A DNA stretch of 64,000 nucleotides from positions 20,433-84,432 of the forward strand of contig JAAZBN010000301.1 in assembly GCA_012513795.1 (NCBI GenBank), in the 5' to 3' direction. Shown here piece by piece: positions 59,086 to 64,000 of this stretch. The notes below the pieces were generated by a model. That model made no database searches, was not told the DNA's origin, and saw only the letters and a program-made list of their open reading frames with translations. Made by a program: the position numbers and the translations under genes. The stretch comes from Bacteroidales bacterium. Its GTDB lineage: Bacteria > Bacteroidota > Bacteroidia > Bacteroidales > VadinHA17. The stretch's first letter is position 1; the number at the start of each line of letters is the position of its first letter.

Positions 59086-61059
59086 ATGAGAACCCTGAAA
59101 AATATAACCATAATCCGTACGACTTTTTTAATAATATCCCTTGCGTTATTTCAGACCTTATCATCTGATCTTAATGCCCAGGGCCTGATCTGTGAGCTTA
59201 AGCAGTTGTCACGTATAGATCTGCTGCCTGGATATATTATTAACGGCACGGTTGAACAATTTTCCAGTTATGACCGGAAAGGCGGTAACGATGATGGATT
59301 TGAAGGAACGTATTCTTTCATCAGGATGGAAGGAGAAGACCAGATTATTGCAGAAATGACAGGGCCTGGAGTGATAAATCGAATCTGGACTCCAACTCCT
59401 ACTGCCGATACTATATCCTTCTATTTTGATGGTAGTAACGAGCCAGGCCTAAGCCTTCCATTCAATGAGTTGTTCGAGGGTACACGATTCCCGTTTTTAG
59501 AGCCGGTTTGCGGGCATGAGATCGGGGGTTACTATTGTTATACGCCTATTGTTTATAACAAATCCTGCAAAGTAGTCTTTAAAGGGAAAATGTTATTCTA
59601 CCAGATACAATACAGGAATTACCCCAAAAATTCCCAGGTAAAAACCTTTTCTGACAACTGGACGGCTGAAGAAAGAGATGCGCTCCAGCAGGCTGTAGAT
59701 CTGTGGAAAGGGTATGGTAATAACTTCTTAGCCGGGATGTACAATAATCTCAGGATGGAAAACAGGACAGTTCGAATTACTTCAGGCCAGAATCTGCCTC
59801 TTTTGAACCTGGATAAGGGCGGCAGGATCGTGGGAATTGAGGTGGAGGGGCTGACCCGGATTGACCGGGCTGATAACCGTCTCATAATGAAAGTAAGATG
59901 GGATGGTGAGCCTGAATACGCAGTAGCCGCACCCATAAAGGATCTTTTTGGATTCTTCTTCGGAAAACCGGCGATGAGATCACTCCTTGCGGGGACATCA
60001 GGAAACAGGTCATATTTATACTATCCTATGCCTTTTTCCAAATCAGCATCTATCAGTCTTGAGTATCTGGATGACAAAAACGGGTCTGGCAAGAGCGCAG
60101 ATCTTACATTCAGGATTTATTATACTGATGAATCAAAGAAAAAGGGCGAAGGCAGGTTTTTTGTACAGTGGAACCGGATTGCCAATCCTCCTGAAGGAAT
60201 ACCATATCCAATTATGAAAGACTACAGGGGGGAAGGCCACCTTGTAGGAACTATCCTGGCCTGCCAGGGTTTGGTGCCGGGTTCAACTAACTTTTTTGAA
60301 GGTGATGATCAGGCTGTTATAGACGGGAATCTTAGCATCCATGGTACAGGAAGTGAGGATTATTTCAATGGAGGATGGTACCTGATTCCTGATCGTTGGG
60401 ATATGGGGCACAGCCTTCCCTCTCACGGTTGTCTTGATTACAATATTGCTCTTAGTCGGACAGGAGGTTATCGTCATTATTTTTCGGATAAGCTTAATTT
60501 CCGTAACAGCTTTTCTTTGACCATCGAGCATGGACCCGTCGGGAATAAGTTTCCGGTTGATTACCGCTCAGTGGCTTTCTTTTATGGGGAACAACCCGAT
60601 CCGGGCATGCTGCCATCATATGATATAACAGCTTATCCCGGATCAGGATCAATAAGATATCAGGGTTATTTGTTTGAGATCCTGTCCTTCAGGAACGGGA
60701 AATTATATAATGGAGATCGTGTAGGCAGGACGCGTGTGCTAACCATGCAGCCAACGGGTGGTGCAGATCCTATGCTTGTTAAAATTAAAGTTGAAGCCCC
60801 AGAAGATGGTGATTACAAGGTATACGGCTCATGGTACCAGAGTAATGTGAATGGAGAAATCCGATTCATGCAACGTCAGGTTGCCATGTCCGATTGGATA
60901 CCAGTTCCTGTTGGAGATGTGGATTATGTTGAGAGGGAGTATGTAGGAACTCTCAGGATACGGGAAGGGTTCGGAACTCTTACAATACACCTGAATGCTG
61001 GTGCTGAAAGCCGTTTCATGCTTCACGAATTGTTACTGGAAGAAAAATCAGACAGATAA
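59086..61059 (+). CDS. GH172 (DUF2961) family protein, divergent long form, secreted
   Basis: Signal peptide. QFSSYDRKGGNDDGFEG, MTGPGVINRIWTP and FFEGDDQAVIDGNLSIHGTGSEDYFNGGWY. Confidence 0.78.
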   Translation: MRTLKNITIIRTTFLIISLALFQTLSSDLNAQGLICELKQLSRIDLLPGYIINGTVEQFSSYDRKGGNDDGFEGTYSFIRMEGEDQIIAEMTGPGVINRIWTPTPTADTISFYFDGSNEPGLSLPFNELFEGTRFPFLEPVCGHEIGGYYCYTPIVYNKSCKVVFKGKMLFYQIQYRNYPKNSQVKTFSDNWTAEERDALQQAVDLWKGYGNNFLAGMYNNLRMENRTVRITSGQNLPLLNLDKGGRIVGIEVEGLTRIDRADNRLIMKVRWDGEPEYAVAAPIKDLFGFFFGKPAMRSLLAGTSGNRSYLYYPMPFSKSASISLEYLDDKNGSGKSADLTFRIYYTDESKKKGEGRFFVQWNRIANPPEGIPYPIMKDYRGEGHLVGTILACQGLVPGSTNFFEGDDQAVIDGNLSIHGTGSEDYFNGGWYLIPDRWDMGHSLPSHGCLDYNIALSRTGGYRHYFSDKLNFRNSFSLTIEHGPVGNKFPVDYRSVAFFYGEQPDPGMLPSYDITAYPGSGSIRYQGYLFEILSFRNGKLYNGDRVGRTRVLTMQPTGGADPMLVKIKVEAPEDGDYKVYGSWYQSNVNGEIRFMQRQVAMSDWIPVPVGDVDYVEREYVGTLRIREGFGTLTIHLNAGAESRFMLHELLLEEKSDR

Positions 61060-61096
61060 GAATTTTAAAATTAGTTACCTAAATAAACAACGCGAT

Positions 61097-63199
61097 ATGA
61101 ATGCATTCCAAAACCTGTTTAAAAGTATTCTCCTGGTTGCTTTGCCAATATTTCTTCTTTCATGCAATAAGGACACTGTCTCCATGCAAACCCTGCTTGA
61201 GGAAATGACTGACAGGGAAAATATAGCCAGGCTACCCGTCATCCCGTTTACATTGAAACAGTTCAGCAGTTACGACCGGGAATCGGTAAGCCCTGATCAA
61301 CCGGGCTGGTTTGCAAACTCTGATCGTACTATGTTTATAAGGAAAGAACTGAATCAGGGAAGGGATGAGTACGTAATGATGGATGCTGAAGGCCCCGGAG
61401 CTGTTGTCAGAATATGGATGACTTTTGCCGGAAAAGACTCTGGTACGGGAATAATGAGGTTCTATTTTGATGATCAGCCCGAACCTGCAATTCAGGGAAC
61501 AGCGTTTGAAATATTGTCTGGTGGTGCATTGGTTGAAGAGCCACTTGCAGCATCAGTGTCTGACCTATCGCCATATGAAAACAGGGGACATAATCTATAT
61601 CTTCCTTTACCCTATGGTAAAAGATGCAAAATAACTTATGAGAGTCAGAATATTACAACTCCGGGGAACAAAGGGAACACTGGAGAGAGTGTTTATTACA
61701 ATATCAACTACAGGACCTACCCGCTGGGTACAAATGTTCTGACTTTCAGCAATGATGAGCTGGAGAAGGCAAAGGGAAAAATTAATCAGGTACAAGAGCA
61801 GTTGAGAAACCGGAACACAGACATTGACGGAATAAAGCTGAAAACTACCGCCATTTCCAGTAATCTGATGGGCGGGGAACATCTGAGTATAGAGATGCCG
61901 GGTAGTGGAGCCATCAGGTATTTGCGTCTGAAGGTTGAGGCGGAAGACCTTCCTCAAGCCCTCAGAAATACTATCCTGGAGGGGGAGTTTGATGGAGAAA
62001 AGTGTATCTGGAGCCCTGTCGGAGACTTCTTTGGCACAGGATATCAGGTCAGATACCTGAATACATGGTATGCTAAGGTGGACGAGGATGGCACAATGCA
62101 GGTCTTCTGGATAATGCCGTTTGAAAATAGTGCAACTCTGAAAATAACAAACATCGGGGACACAAATGTGAAGATCCTGGGCGAGGTTGGCTGGAGCGGA
62201 TGGAAATGGGATGATCGGAGTATGCATTTCAGGGCATCATGGCATCAGTATACAAATATCTTTACACGTGAAGGATTCACTTCCGGTGATCCGGGAATGC
62301 CATTTGATTTGAATTATGTTGAATTATCGGGCAGGGGCACCTATGTGGGCGACGGTCTGACACTTTTCAACACTTCATATATCTGGTGGGGAGAGGGTGA
62401 TGAAAAGATTTATGTGGATGGGGAAAACTTTCCCTCTCATTTCGGGACAGGAACGGAGGACTATTACGGCTATGCGTGGGGTGGTCGGTCTATGAAGTTC
62501 TCAAACCATCCCCTGATAGCCCAACCTGATGCCAGCGGTAACTTCAGGCCCGGGTATGTGGTTAATCTTCGCTACAGGAGCCTTGATGTAATACCTTTCA
62601 GTGAAAGTCTTAAAGTAGATATGGAATTGTGGCACTGGCATACCACCTGGATGAATTATGCGCCTGTTTGCTATTATTACATGAGACCGGGAGGAAAAAC
62701 GAATATCTTGCCAGATACGGCAGGGGCACTGGAGAAAACTGCAATAAAGAGTACGGATATCATTCCAAATACGGTATCAGATGGGAAGATTGAGGCCGAA
62801 AAAATGGCCTTCCATAACTCCTGCGGTAATAAACGGGGGAGCATGTCGATCAATCCATTTGCTGACCTTCCTTTAAGTGGAAATCTTCAGGTAATGTGGA
62901 ACGATGGAACCCCAGGGGATACGATATTCTTTTCATTCGTCTCACCCAGCGAAGGTTATTTCAGGTTAACCGGTCATTTCACTTCAGGTCCTGGATTTGG
63001 CAGCTTTAGCGCAAACCTCAACGAAAATCAATTGTCCGGCGATTTGTCCCTGTTCGCTGCAAAAAGGGGAAATAAGGTTATCCGATTCGACAAAGTATAC
63101 ATCAAAGAAGGAGTTAATACCATTTCATTCATAATAAAAAAGAACGGAAGAGACAGTCATCTTTTTGGGCTTGACAGGATTGATTTGTCACACGAATAA
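61097..63199 (+). CDS. GH172 (DUF2961) family lipoprotein, long form
   Basis: I prefer ATG 61097 (MNAFQNLFKSILLVALPIFLLSC lipobox); the tracked 60995 start overlaps the previous gene. SSYDRES, AEGPGAVVRIW and WWGEGDEKIYVDGENFPSHFGTGTEDYYGYAW. Confidence 0.8.
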   Translation: MNAFQNLFKSILLVALPIFLLSCNKDTVSMQTLLEEMTDRENIARLPVIPFTLKQFSSYDRESVSPDQPGWFANSDRTMFIRKELNQGRDEYVMMDAEGPGAVVRIWMTFAGKDSGTGIMRFYFDDQPEPAIQGTAFEILSGGALVEEPLAASVSDLSPYENRGHNLYLPLPYGKRCKITYESQNITTPGNKGNTGESVYYNINYRTYPLGTNVLTFSNDELEKAKGKINQVQEQLRNRNTDIDGIKLKTTAISSNLMGGEHLSIEMPGSGAIRYLRLKVEAEDLPQALRNTILEGEFDGEKCIWSPVGDFFGTGYQVRYLNTWYAKVDEDGTMQVFWIMPFENSATLKITNIGDTNVKILGEVGWSGWKWDDRSMHFRASWHQYTNIFTREGFTSGDPGMPFDLNYVELSGRGTYVGDGLTLFNTSYIWWGEGDEKIYVDGENFPSHFGTGTEDYYGYAWGGRSMKFSNHPLIAQPDASGNFRPGYVVNLRYRSLDVIPFSESLKVDMELWHWHTTWMNYAPVCYYYMRPGGKTNILPDTAGALEKTAIKSTDIIPNTVSDGKIEAEKMAFHNSCGNKRGSMSINPFADLPLSGNLQVMWNDGTPGDTIFFSFVSPSEGYFRLTGHFTSGPGFGSFSANLNENQLSGDLSLFAAKRGNKVIRFDKVYIKEGVNTISFIIKKNGRDSHLFGLDRIDLSHE

Positions 63200-63241
63200 A
63201 TGTAAAAATGAAGTTGCATATTGAAATCTGGGGATTGCATA

Positions 63242-64000
63242 ATGATTAATTCGAAAACCGCTTTTTCAACCCTGTTGTTGTTTTTCATTACATTCAATAT
63301 TGCCCGGTGCCAGGATATGGGTGAGATTAAAGCTTTGGAAGGTAATAATATCCCTGCTGCCTGGTTGTCAGAATTCAATGTTAAGGGACCTCGGAAAATA
63401 TACTCCGGGGCGGAGCTGAAGACAATAGGTATGCCATGTGGTGGTATTGCTTCCGGTCAGTTGTATGTTCGCGGCGATGGCACTCTTGCAGGATGGTGGA
63501 TAGCCAATAACGCATATAATACAGGCTATGGCGTTGAGAATTTATTGAATTTTAATACTCCTCTTGGACCCTGGAAGGTATGCTACCAGACGTTTGAGCC
63601 TTTCAGCTATATAGAGCAGGGATTTACGATTGTTACGGGCAAAAAGGGCCAGGGATTATCCAGACCTCTGAATAATCTCGGATTTAATAATATTCAATTC
63701 ATCGGTGAATATCCCGTTGCAGAAATAATCTACAGGGATTCTTTGAATCCACTCAGCGTAGACGTTTCGCTTGAGGTTTTTTCCCCTTTCATCCCGCTTA
63801 ACAGTAAAGAGTCAGCGCTGCCAGCTACTATAATGCAATTCTCACTTCGGAATACTACTGATGAAGAACAATATGTCGAATTACAAGGCTACCAGCAAAA
63901 TATGGTAATGCTCGACGCAAAGTACTATATCCGGGGATATAGTCGTAACAGGATGATCAGAAAACCGGGTGTACTATCCTTATACATGGATTTCGTTAGC
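63242..64000 (+). CDS. Second GH116-like glycoside hydrolase, 5' part (runs off the 3' window edge)
   Basis: This gene is not in the ORF track because it has no stop within the window. ATG 63242 opens a frame that stays open to 64000 (253 codons). Signal peptide MINSKTAFSTLLLFFITFNIARC. The stretch GAELKTIGMPCGGIASGQLYVRGDGTLAGWW parallels the N-terminal domain motif of the 50903 GH116 gene, and VFSPFIPLN parallels WSPFIPLD. Confidence 0.6.
   Translation, partial: MINSKTAFSTLLLFFITFNIARCQDMGEIKALEGNNIPAAWLSEFNVKGPRKIYSGAELKTIGMPCGGIASGQLYVRGDGTLAGWWIANNAYNTGYGVENLLNFNTPLGPWKVCYQTFEPFSYIEQGFTIVTGKKGQGLSRPLNNLGFNNIQFIGEYPVAEIIYRDSLNPLSVDVSLEVFSPFIPLNSKESALPATIMQFSLRNTTDEEQYVELQGYQQNMVMLDAKYYIRGYSRNRMIRKPGVLSLYMDFVS

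Noticed and set aside
60995-61096. Upstream extension of the last GH172 ORF overlapping the previous gene by 65 nt
   Set aside because: The lipoprotein signal starts at ATG 61097. The extension is read through the preceding gene's 3' end and the intergenic spacer.
63157-63378. 73-aa - strand ORF at the 3' end
   Set aside because: It overlaps the start of the open-ended + strand GH116-like gene, which has a signal peptide and GH116 N-domain similarity.
1-64000. Search for CRISPR arrays, rRNA/tRNA genes and known defence-system genes
   Set aside because: By eye I found no regularly spaced repeats, no tRNA-like T-arm/acceptor signatures in intergenic regions, and no nuclease, helicase or methylase-type ORFs. 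All sizeable ORFs are accounted for by metabolic, transport or regulatory families.

Overview
This 64-kb fragment looks like Bacteroidota: it has two SusC/SusD pairs, many lipobox-bearing exported enzymes and TAnnTTTG-like promoter boxes. I call 40 protein-coding genes, two of them cut by the window edges. I found no rRNA, tRNA, CRISPR array, integrase or transposase. The window has two compositionally distinct parts. Part 1 (1-17.58 kb) is GC-rich, about 55% by my hand counts on single 60-nt lines. It holds the tail of a membrane protein, a Rieske Fe-S protein, an octahaem c-type cytochrome fused to HEAT/TPR repeats, a tricorn-like S41 protease, a YciI-like gene, two MFS transporters, a TolC/MacA/MacB-type efflux operon and a LytS-type kinase with a LytTR regulator. 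Part 2 (17.58-64 kb) is AT-rich, 33-37% by hand counts. It holds two adjacent LacI-associated polysaccharide utilization loci (PULs), with every gene on the + strand. PUL-1 (17.8-33.7 kb) runs LacI, GH127, GRP-type sugar transporter, ribokinase, SusC/SusD, a lipoprotein ADP-ribosylglycohydrolase and two sulfatases; the layout resembles a ribose (rus-like) PUL. PUL-2 (34.0 to beyond 64 kb) runs LacI, GH172/DUF2961, L-fucose isomerase, an unknown lipoprotein, FucP and SusC/SusD. It then continues sulfatase-sulfatase-GH172-GH116-GH172 and sulfatase-sulfatase-GH172-GH172-GH116 (partial). PUL-2 is the most interesting candidate. It combines five GH172 and two GH116 genes, families known for D-arabinofuranosidase activities, with fucI/fucP and Ser-type sulfatases, and it has no classical fucosidase. 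This suggests an undescribed system for a sulfated glycan with D-arabinofuranose or L-fucose configuration. Other observations: the sharp GC break at 17.58 kb; an identical 16-nt LacI-type operator upstream of two PUL-1 units; 21-bp-spaced direct repeats in front of the efflux operon; hairpins after both susD genes; and all six sulfatases being Ser-type. All family calls come from reading motifs in the translations. No database search was run.
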